Shown here: in pieces, positions 38,561 to 48,795 of the stretch
How the letters are laid out: each line of letters begins with the position of its first letter
Numbering within the stretch: the first letter of the stretch is position 1
Source of the DNA: Gloeobacterales cyanobacterium
GTDB taxonomy: Bacteria; Cyanobacteriota; Cyanobacteriia; Gloeobacterales; PMM-0068
Length of the DNA stretch: 64,000 nucleotides
Direction of reading: 5' to 3'
Assembly: GCA_038245785.1 (NCBI GenBank)
Contig: JBBRSB010000021.1
Span: forward strand, 1-64,000
The notes under the pieces: generated by a model
The model's database searches: none
Told to the model about the DNA's origin: nothing
What the model saw: only the letters and a program-made list of their open reading frames with translations
Made by a program: the position numbers and the translations under genes

Positions 38561-38986
38561 TCACTTCCTCGTAGTCCCCGCAGCAGTCTCGGCATCTAGT
38601 CTTGCGGCTATCGCTGCCAGGTTAGCTTCTTCAGCTTCTTCTATCGTCGCCATGGCTAGGAAGGTTGCCGTATTGGCATAGTCTTCAGATTGATCGGCTC
38701 GATGTTCAAGTTTCTTGACTTCGCGACTGGCTTTCCATTCCTCGACATGCGACTTCACCTCAGATTCTTTTTCCTCAAATTGAGTTTTGAGCTTTGCCCG
38801 ATACCCATCGAATTCTTGTTTTTTAGCGTCTAGATTTGTCTTCGCTTCGTCAAGTTTCGCTTGAATTTCAGCTTGAGTTTTTTCTGGTGCAGATCGCATG
38901 GTTTCCCTCAGCGATTTCGTCCGATCTTCAATGGCTTCTAAATTGTCATGAAGTTTTTTAGTAAAGTTGTCAATCGCAGTACTCAT
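38561..38986 (-). CDS. Coiled-coil hypothetical protein
   Basis: AGGAG RBS; helical charged sequence. Confidence 0.75.
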   Translation of the reverse strand: MSTAIDNFTKKLHDNLEAIEDRTKSLRETMRSAPEKTQAEIQAKLDEAKTNLDAKKQEFDGYRAKLKTQFEEKESEVKSHVEEWKASREVKKLEHRADQSEDYANTATFLAMATIEEAEEANLAAIAARLDAETAAGTTRK

Positions 38987-39323
38987 GATGATTTCTCCTA
39001 GTCAAGTATGTTGAGCTTTTGAAGTTTGGCTCTATCCTTGCCGAGTTTCAATTAAATCCCAGCTTAGATTGCTTCCACCTTGAATTAGATGGTTGCAAAA
39101 GTTGTTCAAGACAACCTATACCTTTTGGATGTTTTATAAGAGCGCTATGTAAACTAGTGAAATATGACTCAAAATTTTACCTGGTTGTAAAAGGATCGTT
39201 TAACACTTTCGGCAGCAATGACATAAGTAGGTTGGTCCAATTAAACATATATAGATTTCTCGAAATCCCCTTATCGAGGGGGTTCTGGCTTAAGCTATAT
39301 CATTATTATTTTGGTTTATCCAC

Positions 39324-40128
39324 TTAGAGCGCCACAATTAATACCAGCACAAAACTAAGAGGCAACGGTTGAAATCCTAGCAGTCTTGCCAGGGGCGTTA
39401 AGGGAATAATTAATGTGACGGCAACTCTTGCCAGCGTTGCTCCCAACAAATACTTTCCTGGCTTACTTCTAAGAATGGATTGTCGGGTACGAACTACCAG
39501 TACAACCAGCGAAGCTGAGATCACAGACTCCAGAAACCAGCCAGTTCTGAATTGTTCTGGCTGAGCTTGCAACAGCAGCATTAGTACCCCGAAGGTGAGG
39601 TAATCAAATATTGAACTCAGCAGTCCAAACACCACCATGAAGTTGCGGATGAACTCGATATCCATGCGGCGGGGTTTGTTTACCAATTCCTTGCCTACCC
39701 GATCGGTCGCGATGGTCATTTCCGGGAAATCAGTCAATAGGTTCATTAGCAAAATCTGACTGGGCAGTAGGGGCAAAAAGGGCAGAACTAGAGAAATGCC
39801 TGCCATGCTGAACATATTGCCGAAATTAGCGCTCGTTGCCATAAACACGTATTTGAGCGTATTGGCAAATGTGACCCGTCCCTCCTTCACACCCTCGACC
39901 AAGACCTTCAGATCCTTCTCCATCAGCACAATATCTGCTGCCTCCTTTGCCACATCATCTTTTGTAAACAGGATACTTAAGCGTTTACGGTTGAAATCGT
40001 AGGGCACTTCATCAAGTTTTTGATAGCTAGAGATGTCGAATGTCTTGTGCTGACGAATCGCTTCGTCGATCGGATTCACGTAGCCTGACTCAGACGCGGC
40101 ATTTAAATAGGCGTGGAACAGGACGCGA
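39324..40128 (-). pseudogene. MgtA-like P-type ATPase remnant with large internal deletion
   Basis: NPID..., PYDFNRKRLS joined directly to DVAKEAADIVL; SANFGNMFS. Confidence 0.85.
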
Positions 40129-40130
40129 TT

Positions 40131-40407
40131 TAAGTGTCAGCTTTGAGATCCCTGTTTATGTTAAAGGGAAGTAATCTGCTATCTTGGGCCATGATTCAGA
40201 TCTCTCACCCCATAACGATTTCATGATTTGTCCTGACTGCCATTCGAGGCTGTTCACTCAACTGAAGCGCACCACCAGTTTGGGCTACACAATTTTTCGC
40301 TGCAAGTCATGTAAGCGCGATTACAACGAGCGCACGAGGACACCCTTTAATCACCTACAAGTCCTGACTGATATCGTTTTCGAGGTCTTATTGTGCCGAG
40401 TTCGCTA
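40131..40407 (+). mobile_element. IS6-family 5' fragment
   Basis: GTGTCAGCTTTGAGA end-like sequence; MICPDC...FRCKSC.R.YNERT. Confidence 0.7.
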
Positions 40408-40444
40408 ACCTTCGACAGAGCTCAGGGCAGGAAGCTCAGGGGCC

Positions 40445-40896
40445 ACCGCTTCGCCATAGGTATTGGTTGCTTCCAGGCAAGCATGAACTTGATTGACGCC
40501 TGTCTGGTTCAGCCATTGCAATAAGGTTTGATGTCCTTCTGGCGTATTGGTGACTACTTTTGGCTTCGGCTTTTTTCCAGGTAGAAGCAGGGCCACCTGC
40601 AATTTGTGTTTACCCACATCAATTCCGAGAACGGCTTGTACCATCAATCTTTCCCCTTGATGTCCTTAGAAAAGGAGACTGTCCCGCAACTAAGCTTGTT
40701 CATGCAGGTTCATCTCATCGTTTGAGAGACCTAAGATGCTGTCCAGCCTGCGGATGGCAGTCAAAGACGGTAAAAGGGTTTTATCTCAGGGCCAGGCTCA
40801 AAGCCTCAGCTTGTCTCAAACTCTCTTTTACCGCTGACTCTTTAAGGCTAAGAGTCATTTGTACCAGTTTGTATCTGGTTGGTCTCAAGATACAAG
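40445..40896 (-). mobile_element. IS110-family left end plus truncated recombinase (40445-40647)
   Basis: LGIDVGK...CLEATNTYG RuvC-like N-terminus; end begins CT-TGTAT. Confidence 0.88.
40687..40860 (-). ncRNA. IS110 bridge RNA (IS621-like architecture)
   Basis: 5' hairpin TGACTCTT/AAGAGTCA; target loop closed by CGGTAAAAG/CTTTTACCG with guide AGACAAGCT; donor loop with ACAGCATCT and ACAAG. Confidence 0.75.
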
Positions 40897-41210
40897 CTTG
40901 TCAAAGGGGAGTTCTTTCCACTGACAGCCGAAGTACAACAGTTTTAAGATGTAGTTGAAGATGACATGCAAAGTGAGCTTTGGCTGAGGACCGCGAGTCC
41001 CCCCTGTGCAGGTGGGGCAAGACAAATTCTTCAAACTGTTCTAAAGTCAAATGAGTGGGAATCCCTTGACTGGATTGAGATTGAGCCATCGAAACTCCTA
41101 ACGACTGTCAAACTCATAAGACTAAAGTCTTTTTGGTTTGAATGATGGAAAGGCAAGTATCTAAAGGCTTTCAGACAAATTCACACAGCAGGGAAAACCC
41201 GCAACCAGTT
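40897..41210 (-). mobile_element. IS5-like transposase 5' fragment (frameshifted), interrupted by IS110
   Basis: LEQFEEFVLPHL, then in another frame IFNYILKLLYFGCQWKELP. Confidence 0.65.
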
Positions 41211-41351
41211 GTAAGTGTTAAGGAGGTCAGCCAGAATATTCGGCATTACCCAGATCCTAAAAGTCAATCAGGGCGATGACTCTAGCCGTTTGAGATCTTC
41301 CGTTTAATTGGCCCAAACTACTTACGAATACCTCCTCCTCGGGACAAGCCA

Positions 41352-43016
41352 ATGAGCACCATCGAAACTCGTGAGCTTCAGATGTTTCCAATCTTCGACT
41401 TTGTTCAGGTCGAAACGGCGAAGCGCTTCGCTAGCGGCGAGGCTCGCCGTTTTGTGCCTGATGAGATTGTCTTTAGCGTCGGCGAACACAGCGCACCAGC
41501 TTGGCTCGTCCTGGCTGGAGAAATTAACGTTTTCCGCCCCGCCGGACTCGTTAACGAGGCTGCAATCACCACCCATGGAGTTGGCCAACTGACTGGCGAG
41601 GTCAGCCAGTTGGCTGGGAGGCCATCGCTGGCTGGGGGGCGTGCAGGTCCCAACGGTTGCATGGCACTCCCCTTCGATGCTGCCCATCTGCGTGCTTTGG
41701 TAGTCGGTTCAGCTGATGTTGGCGAAGTGGTGATGCGTGCATACATCCTTCGCCGCGTCGGCCTTATTGAAGAGGGTGGGGCGGGATCGGTGCTCGTTGG
41801 TATACCTGCCTCCCCAGACCTTGTTCGGATTCAGGGCTTCCTTACACGCAATTGCTATCCGCATCTCGTGCTGGATGCCTCCTCAAATCAAGAAGGGCAG
41901 GTCTGCCCAAATGGAACTGTATTGAAATGTCCATCAGAGGTAGAGGTAGGGGCATGCCTTGGCATCACGCCAGATCTCGATCCGAATATCGTGTACGATG
42001 TCGCCATCGTTGGAGCAGGCCCTGCTGGTCTTGCAGCAGCCGTTTACGCTGCATCCGAGGGCTTATCCGTGATCGTGCTTGACGAATGTGCTGTCGGCGG
42101 ACAGGCTGGTGCTTCTAACCGAATTGAGAATTATCTTGGCTTCCCAACAGGTATCTCTGGGCAAGCTCTAGCTGGGCGAGCTTTCAGCCAAGCACTTAAA
42201 TTCGGGGCCGAGATCGCCATCCCTGTGGAGGTACTAAGGCTTGATTGCCACGCATCTGGCCGATACCTTGGTGCTCCGTTAAAGCTCGACTTATCCGGTG
42301 AGCGCTCTGTTCGCTCCCGCACTGTAATTGTGGCGTCGGGCGCTCGCTATCGCCGTCCAGATGTGCCCAACTTAGCAACCTTCGAAGGGGCTGGCATCTC
42401 CTACTGGGTCACTCCAGTCGAGGCGAAACTGTGCGAGGGAGAAGAGATCGCGCTAGTTGGTGCTGGCAATTCGGCTGGACAGGCAGTGGTCTTCCTCGCA
42501 CCCAAAGTGAAGCGCCTTCATATGGTTGTTCGAGGTAATGGACTGGAGGCATCGATGTCGCGCTACCTCATTGACCGGATCGTGGCGCTCCCCAATGTCG
42601 AATTGCATGTCGGCTCGGAAGTAATCGCACTCGAAGGCGATCGAGCCACTGGCTTATCCGCAGCTGTTTTCCGGGATCGTGCAAGCAGTGTAACTCGTCA
42701 TTGCCCACTTCGCCATCTCTTTTTGTTCATCGGTGCTGATCCAAACGCTGCATGGCTCCAAGGCTGCGCCACAACCGACGATAAGGGGTTTCTTGTGACG
42801 GGGCAGGACTTCCAAGGGGATGCCAAGGTATGCGGGCGTCCGGTTCTTCCACTCGAAACCAGCTTACCTGGTGTCTTCGCTATTGGTGATGTTCGCGCAG
42901 ACTCTACCAAACGCGTCGCTGCAGCCGTCGGTGAAGGTGCTGCTGTCGTGGCCCAGATTTACGCTTCCCTAGCCAGCTATACAGTGCTGACAAAAACGAG
43001 TGACCCTATCCAATAA
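41352..43016 (+). CDS. cNMP-binding domain + thioredoxin reductase-like flavoprotein (copy with 16-aa deletion)
   Basis: GAGPAG, IENYLGFP, GAGNSAG, FAIGDVR. Confidence 0.88.
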   Translation: MSTIETRELQMFPIFDFVQVETAKRFASGEARRFVPDEIVFSVGEHSAPAWLVLAGEINVFRPAGLVNEAAITTHGVGQLTGEVSQLAGRPSLAGGRAGPNGCMALPFDAAHLRALVVGSADVGEVVMRAYILRRVGLIEEGGAGSVLVGIPASPDLVRIQGFLTRNCYPHLVLDASSNQEGQVCPNGTVLKCPSEVEVGACLGITPDLDPNIVYDVAIVGAGPAGLAAAVYAASEGLSVIVLDECAVGGQAGASNRIENYLGFPTGISGQALAGRAFSQALKFGAEIAIPVEVLRLDCHASGRYLGAPLKLDLSGERSVRSRTVIVASGARYRRPDVPNLATFEGAGISYWVTPVEAKLCEGEEIALVGAGNSAGQAVVFLAPKVKRLHMVVRGNGLEASMSRYLIDRIVALPNVELHVGSEVIALEGDRATGLSAAVFRDRASSVTRHCPLRHLFLFIGADPNAAWLQGCATTDDKGFLVTGQDFQGDAKVCGRPVLPLETSLPGVFAIGDVRADSTKRVAAAVGEGAAVVAQIYASLASYTVLTKTSDPIQ

Positions 43017-43136
43017 TGCCAATCCCTTATATCTATGCACAGACTGTTCACTCACAGGAAGACCTTAGTTAAAAAAGCGTATCTACTCTCCTATCGGTCT
43101 AGCAATCGCTTCCGATATCTGCTTTTGGGACGATAT

Positions 43137-44879
43137 CTAGAGTTGAATGGACGAACCAAGATATACTAATCTAAATCGCATCGCCAACACCTCAGCCTCG
43201 GTAAGTGCGCGTTCTTGCTCGTGATACATCCATTTGCTGATTTGGTCGGCATCGACCTCTAATAGTTCAAGTACGAATGCTGCGACATCCAGCCCTCTTG
43301 GAAGGCTCCGGTCGATAACGGCAAAGACATCGAGTGCTCGGAACTGTTGGGCTTCCTCCTCCTCGCGAACGACTGCTACCTTCTTGAGATCTGGAAAGAG
43401 GGAGTTCACACTTGTTGAGAGTTCGCGATAAACTTCCAGGGTCGGCGCAGTCAGCACGCTAACCCGACGACTACCCAACGCAACTGTCTCCCAGATTCTG
43501 GGATCGGCCAGATTTCCAAATACGGCAATGTAGCCGTCAGCAACGGCCTCACGAAGGCGCTGGTCGTCTCGCTCGATCGCGGTGTAGCCGATGCCAAATT
43601 CATTCAGGGCATCAGCCAGGGTGCGACCAATCCTACCCATTCCAGCAATAATTACTGGGGCAGAGATTTCGCGCGGCTGAAGCTCTGGGTCTATGCCCTG
43701 CGAACTCTGTAGGCGTATCCGTCCAGCCAGATCTCGCCCAGCCTGGGCAAGGGTCGGTGTGAGCGCCAGGCTGAGCGCTACAGCCGAAATCAAAACAGCG
43801 ATCACCTGCGGCCCCACCAATGCGCGTACAGTGGGCAAGCTAAAAATGACAAAAGCAAATTCTGAACCTTGCGCTAGAAGAAAGCCAAGCTGGACTGACC
43901 CTGGTGCCGACCAGCGAAAAGCCAAGCTCGCAGCAGCATTCGTCAGGATCTTCACTACAACAAGCAATAAAGCGACGCCGATTACACCCGGCCAGAGCCT
44001 CAGCAACATTGAAAAATCGAGGGAGAAGCCGACCGAAATAAAGAAGAAACCAAGAAGCAATCCACGGAAAGGCTTGATCTCGGACTGTATGATGGCGCGA
44101 TAGGGTGTCTCGGAAATGATCATGCCTGCGAGGAACGCACCGAGGGTCAACGATAGGCCAATCGCTCCGGTCGCCCAGGCAGCCGAGAGCGATACAAGCA
44201 GTGCCATCGCAGTGAAGACTTCCTCGTTACGACCACGCCCAACTAGATCGAACAACGGACGAACGACTACGCGGGCAAGCAGCACCGCTATCCCAAATGC
44301 TATCGCGGCCTTGGCGAGGGCGAGACCCACTGTCGGCAGGATCGCATCGTTGGTCCCAAGTGCCCCAGCGACAATTAGCAGAAAGATTGCTGCCACGTCC
44401 TGAAAGATAAGAATGGCCGTCGCAGTGAGTCCAACAGGGCAATTCTGCTGCTGCCGCTCTGCGATCAGACCGACTACGACCGCAGTCGAGGAAAGGGCCA
44501 GCGTAGCGCCGACGATAAATGCTGCTACGGGTGGCAGTCCGAATAGCATCGCAATCAACCCGATGGCAAGTGTTGCGCCTAGAACCTGTACTGGCCCGAA
44601 ACCGAAGATGTCGCGGGCCTGACTGCGGATATGTCCGAGGGAAAAGTGAAGTCCGATATCGAATAGGAGAAAGACGATGCCGAGTTCGGCCAGCACCGAG
44701 ATCGTCGCACTGCCCGACACGGCATCGAGCCCGATAGCATGGAGCCCTAGGCCAAGGGCGAGATAACCGACGATCGGGTTGAGCCCGATCGTACGTGACC
44801 CGACCGCAGCGACCACACCCAAGGCCAGGAGGAGGACGACGGGAACGAGCGCTACAAGGATGCCATGCGGGTCGCCCAT
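43137..44879 (-). CDS. CPA2/Kef-type cation:proton antiporter with TrkA-N domain
   Basis: LLFDIGL, LSSTAVV, LIFQD, QGSEFAF, GMGRIG; ATG 1 nt after the upstream stop. Confidence 0.9.
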   Translation of the reverse strand: MGDPHGILVALVPVVLLLALGVVAAVGSRTIGLNPIVGYLALGLGLHAIGLDAVSGSATISVLAELGIVFLLFDIGLHFSLGHIRSQARDIFGFGPVQVLGATLAIGLIAMLFGLPPVAAFIVGATLALSSTAVVVGLIAERQQQNCPVGLTATAILIFQDVAAIFLLIVAGALGTNDAILPTVGLALAKAAIAFGIAVLLARVVVRPLFDLVGRGRNEEVFTAMALLVSLSAAWATGAIGLSLTLGAFLAGMIISETPYRAIIQSEIKPFRGLLLGFFFISVGFSLDFSMLLRLWPGVIGVALLLVVVKILTNAAASLAFRWSAPGSVQLGFLLAQGSEFAFVIFSLPTVRALVGPQVIAVLISAVALSLALTPTLAQAGRDLAGRIRLQSSQGIDPELQPREISAPVIIAGMGRIGRTLADALNEFGIGYTAIERDDQRLREAVADGYIAVFGNLADPRIWETVALGSRRVSVLTAPTLEVYRELSTSVNSLFPDLKKVAVVREEEEAQQFRALDVFAVIDRSLPRGLDVAAFVLELLEVDADQISKWMYHEQERALTEAEVLAMRFRLVYLGSSIQL

Positions 44880-44880
44880 C

Positions 44881-46572
44881 TCAGACGATGCCCGAACGGC
44901 TGGCAAGTGCGGTGTGGATCTGGGACACGACGGCCGCACCTTCGCCGACGGCCGCAGCGACCCGTTTGGTAGAGCCTGCGCGAACATCACCAATGGCGAA
45001 GACGCCGGGCATGCTGGTTTCGAGCGGAAGGACCGGGCGTCCGCATGCCCTGGCATCACCCTGGAAGTCCTGCCCCGTCAGAAGGAAACCCTTGTGGTCG
45101 GTCGTGGCGCAGCCCTGGAGCCAGGCGGCGTTTGGATCAGCCCCGATGAACAGGAAGAGGTGGCGAAGCGGGTAATGTTGGGTTACACCGCTTGATCGAT
45201 CTCGGAACAGAGCTGCAGACAGGCCGGTCACACGATTGCCTTCGAGCGCGACCACTTCCGAGTCAATATGCAGTTCGACGTTGGGGAGCGCCGCGATCCG
45301 GTCAATGAGGTAACGTGACATCGCCGCCTCCAGTCCCTTACTGCGGACAATCAGGTGAAGGCGCTTCACTTTGGGCGCGAGGAAGACCACCGCCTGTCCA
45401 GCTGAATTGCCGGCACCGACCAGCGCGATCTCCTCTCCCTCGCACAACTTCGCCTCGATTAGGGTTGCCCAGTAAGAGACGCCAGCGCCCTCAAAGATGG
45501 CTAGGTCGGGCACGTCCGGACGGCGATAGCGAGCACCTGAGGCGACGATCACCGCGCGGGCGCGGACGGAGCGGTCACCGGATAGGTCGAGCTTAAATGG
45601 AGCGTCGGGGCGTCTGTCGGACGCCTGGCAATCGAGCCGCAGGACCTCCACAGGGATGACGATCTCGGCCCCAAATTTTAGCGCCTGGTTGAAAGCCCGC
45701 CCGGCCAGGCCCTGGCCGGAGATGCCTGTCGGGAAGCCGAGATAATTCTCAATTCGGGCAGAGGCACCGGCCTGTCCACCGACGGCGCGTTCGTCGAGCA
45801 CAATCACGGATAAGCCTTCGGACGCGGCGTAAACGGCTGCTGCAAGACCAGCAGGGCCCGCTCCGACGATAGCGACGTCGTACACGACATTTGGATCGAG
45901 ATCAGGCGTGATGCCAAGGCAGACCGCTACCTCCACGTCCGTCGGACGTTTCAACACGGTTCCGCTCGGGCAGACCATCAAGGGCAGGTCTGCGGGCAGG
46001 ACGCCGAGCCGTTCGACCAGCGCATGGCCTTCCTCATCGGAGGCGGCGTCCAGCACGAGATGCGGATAGCAATTGCGGGTGAGGAAGCCTTGGATCCGGA
46101 CGAGGTCCGGAGATGCGGGAATGCCGACGAGCACCGATCCCGCACCGCCCTCCTCGATGAGGCCGACGCGGCGGAGGATGAATGCGCACATCACCACTTC
46201 GCCGACATCGGCCGAACCGACCACCAGTGCACGGAGATGGGCAGCGTCGAAGGGTAACGCCATGCAACCGTTGGGACCGGCACGCCCCCATGCCAACGAC
46301 GGCCTCCCGGCCAGCTGACTGACCTCGCCGGTCAGCTGGCCAGCGCGATGGGTGGTGATCAGAGCCTCGTTAACGAGCCCAGCGCGACGGAAAACGTCGA
46401 TTTCTCCGTCCAGGACGAGCCAGGCTGGCGCGCCGCGTTCGCCGACGCCGAAGACGACCTCGCCGGGCGCGAAACGGCGAGCCTCACCGCTGGCGAAGCG
46501 CTTTGCGGTATCGACCTGAGCGAAGTCGAGGACTGGAAACATTTGATGCTCGCGGGTTTCGATGGTGCTCAT
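44881..46572 (-). CDS. cNMP-binding domain + thioredoxin reductase-like flavoprotein (full copy)
   Basis: Paralog of 41352-43016 in inverted orientation. Confidence 0.9.
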   Translation of the reverse strand: MSTIETREHQMFPVLDFAQVDTAKRFASGEARRFAPGEVVFGVGERGAPAWLVLDGEIDVFRRAGLVNEALITTHRAGQLTGEVSQLAGRPSLAWGRAGPNGCMALPFDAAHLRALVVGSADVGEVVMCAFILRRVGLIEEGGAGSVLVGIPASPDLVRIQGFLTRNCYPHLVLDAASDEEGHALVERLGVLPADLPLMVCPSGTVLKRPTDVEVAVCLGITPDLDPNVVYDVAIVGAGPAGLAAAVYAASEGLSVIVLDERAVGGQAGASARIENYLGFPTGISGQGLAGRAFNQALKFGAEIVIPVEVLRLDCQASDRRPDAPFKLDLSGDRSVRARAVIVASGARYRRPDVPDLAIFEGAGVSYWATLIEAKLCEGEEIALVGAGNSAGQAVVFLAPKVKRLHLIVRSKGLEAAMSRYLIDRIAALPNVELHIDSEVVALEGNRVTGLSAALFRDRSSGVTQHYPLRHLFLFIGADPNAAWLQGCATTDHKGFLLTGQDFQGDARACGRPVLPLETSMPGVFAIGDVRAGSTKRVAAAVGEGAAVVSQIHTALASRSGIV

Positions 46573-46617
46573 TGGCTTGTCCCGAAGAGGCTGTACTTCA
46601 ATAACGGTCAAGTGAAG

Positions 46618-46830
46618 CTAGACATATTGGGTGTCGGCGAACCCGCCAGCGATATCCACATAATAGTCGTAGCGGCGGAGAAGGAAATCGTCTCCGAAGT
46701 AGAAATCCTGTTCGGTGCTATGGCTAGCGATGGTCGCAGCCCGCGCCAGGTCTCCGCGCCCTCCTGTCCTGGCGCGATTTCCCCAACGCCGACCCCCGGC
46801 ATCGTCAGGAAGAAGTGAGCGAACAGAAAA
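46618..46830 (-). pseudogene. Frameshifted internal fragment of a conserved hypothetical gene
   Basis: FFLTMPGV...ETWRGL in one frame, IASHSTEQDFYFG..LLRRYDY in another. Confidence 0.5.
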
Positions 46831-47207
46831 TGCAACGATGTTTTCGCAAGCGTTTGAATTGTCTGTGAGTTGTATAGGTTCTACTAAAACGTCCAAAAGG
46901 TATAGGTTATCTTGAACAACTTTGGCAACCATTCAATCAAAGACAGAAGCGACATGGGGCTTGCTAAACGTGCGGTTCTGCACTTGCAGTTCAAATCTAT
47001 GGTTTTAGGAGATGGTTATGAATATTGTCGTCTATGGAGCTACTAGAAATTCTGGCAGCGAGATTGTGAAGGAGTTGCTCTCGCGTGGTTGCAAGGTCGT
47101 TGGCGCGTTTTAACTCAAAGAACTTGAGTGTTCTAAATCGAGCGCACGCTGAAGAATGAAGTGTAACCAACATAGGCATTAAGCTCACCAACCTAACGGA
47201 GAACAAG

Positions 47208-47675
47208 ATGAGCAGCATTAACGTGGACAGTAAAAATATGAAACTCGAGGTTTTGGTGGTGCCCGTCTCCGACGTCGATCGAGCCAAGCGCTTCTATGAG
47301 ACGTTGGGGTTTCGGCTGGATGCCGACTTCGTCACCGATGAAGACTTCCGGGTGGTGCAGCTGACACCTCCCGGCTCGGAGTGCTCGATCATCATCGGCA
47401 CTGGAGTCACGTCAGCCGTGCCGGGCTCAGTTCAGGGTCTGCACCTCGTCGTTTTCGACATTGAGACAGCCCGCGCCGAACTCGTTGACTGCGGCGTCGA
47501 GGTGAGTGAGGTGTTCCACGACGTGGGAGGGATCTTCCACCACGACGGAACCGAGGGACGGGTAACTGGACCTGATCCGAAACGTCGCGACTATGGCTCG
47601 TTTGCCTCGTTCAGTGACCCGGACGGCAACGGTTGGCTGCTCCAAGAGGTGAAGACGCGGGCTCCCGGACGGTGA
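47208..47675 (+). CDS. VOC/glyoxalase family protein
   Basis: VPVSDVDRAKRFY, FSDPDGNGWLLQE. Confidence 0.92.
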   Translation: MSSINVDSKNMKLEVLVVPVSDVDRAKRFYETLGFRLDADFVTDEDFRVVQLTPPGSECSIIIGTGVTSAVPGSVQGLHLVVFDIETARAELVDCGVEVSEVFHDVGGIFHHDGTEGRVTGPDPKRRDYGSFASFSDPDGNGWLLQEVKTRAPGR

Positions 47676-47746
47676 TGGGACATCAGCTACTCAAGGGCAT
47701 TGATTCACTGCGAAACGTTTGTACATGTTCACAAAGGAGCAATATC

Positions 47747-48562
47747 ATGAGCAATCTAACCAATAAGACCGCAAAGACCGCACTCGTTACTGGAGCATCC
47801 AGTGGAATCGGTGCCGTCTATGCCGATCGTTTCGCAAAGCGTGGTTTCGATCTCGTTCTGGTGGCGCGTGACTGCACCCGAATGGAGGCTCTGTCCGAAC
47901 GACTGCACCGGGAAACTGGGGTGGCGATCGACGTCCTTCAGGCGGATCTCACCAACGTGGATGATCTCGCCCAGGTAGAGGAGCGGCTACGCACCGACAC
48001 GCGCATCAGTATCCTGGTCAACAACGCTGGTGCCAGCGTTGCCAGCAGTTTCGTCGAGCAAAGCCCGGACGAGGTGGCTAAAATCATCAGCCTTAACACC
48101 ATAGCGCTAGCGCGGCTTGCTAGCGCCGTCGCCCCACGGTTCGTCAAGGCGGGCGAGGGCGCGATTATCAACATCAGTTCGGTGGTTGGGTTAGCACCGG
48201 AATTCGGTCTGACCGTCTATGGCGCAACCAAAGCCTTTGTTCTCTTCCTCACCCAGGGTCTCCACCTCGAACTTGAACCTAAAGGTGTCTATGTTCAGGC
48301 TGTGCTACCGGCATCAACACGGACGGAAGTCTGGGAGCGCTCAGGTTGGGATATGAATGCGCTACCGCCTCTTATGGAAGTTGATGAACTGGTGGATGCC
48401 GCCCTTGTTGGCTTCGATCGCCGTGAAACTGTCACCATCCCGTCCCTTCCCAATGCAGACCAGTGGGACACCTTCGAGGCTGCTCGGCAGAGCATGATCC
48501 CAAATTTCAACCAGGTGCATGCCGCAGACCGTTATCGCCTCGTGACACCTAATCGGGGCTAG
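47747..48562 (+). CDS. Short-chain dehydrogenase/reductase
   Basis: TGASSGIG, NNAG, YGATK; AAGGAG RBS. Confidence 0.93.
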   Translation: MSNLTNKTAKTALVTGASSGIGAVYADRFAKRGFDLVLVARDCTRMEALSERLHRETGVAIDVLQADLTNVDDLAQVEERLRTDTRISILVNNAGASVASSFVEQSPDEVAKIISLNTIALARLASAVAPRFVKAGEGAIINISSVVGLAPEFGLTVYGATKAFVLFLTQGLHLELEPKGVYVQAVLPASTRTEVWERSGWDMNALPPLMEVDELVDAALVGFDRRETVTIPSLPNADQWDTFEAARQSMIPNFNQVHAADRYRLVTPNRG

Positions 48563-48795
48563 CCTCGCGTTTGAGATCGCCCACAATCAATCTCATTGAA
48601 AGTATGCAGCAAACAGACTTGTTTGACGACACGAATTTGTCCCCCTGCCATTTGATTTGGCGCTGTACGCAAAAGCAATTCGCTCGTCGTTTTGATCGCG
48701 GCTGACGTGACCTAGAGACAGTGACATTTACGAGGGTGCGATCGCTTATCTGGCAAGCAATTCAACAAACCATCACAGAGAACAATATCACAGCC

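Noticed and set aside
39019..39327. 102-aa plus-strand ORF
   Set aside because: AT-rich promoter-like region, TTG start, no recognisable motif
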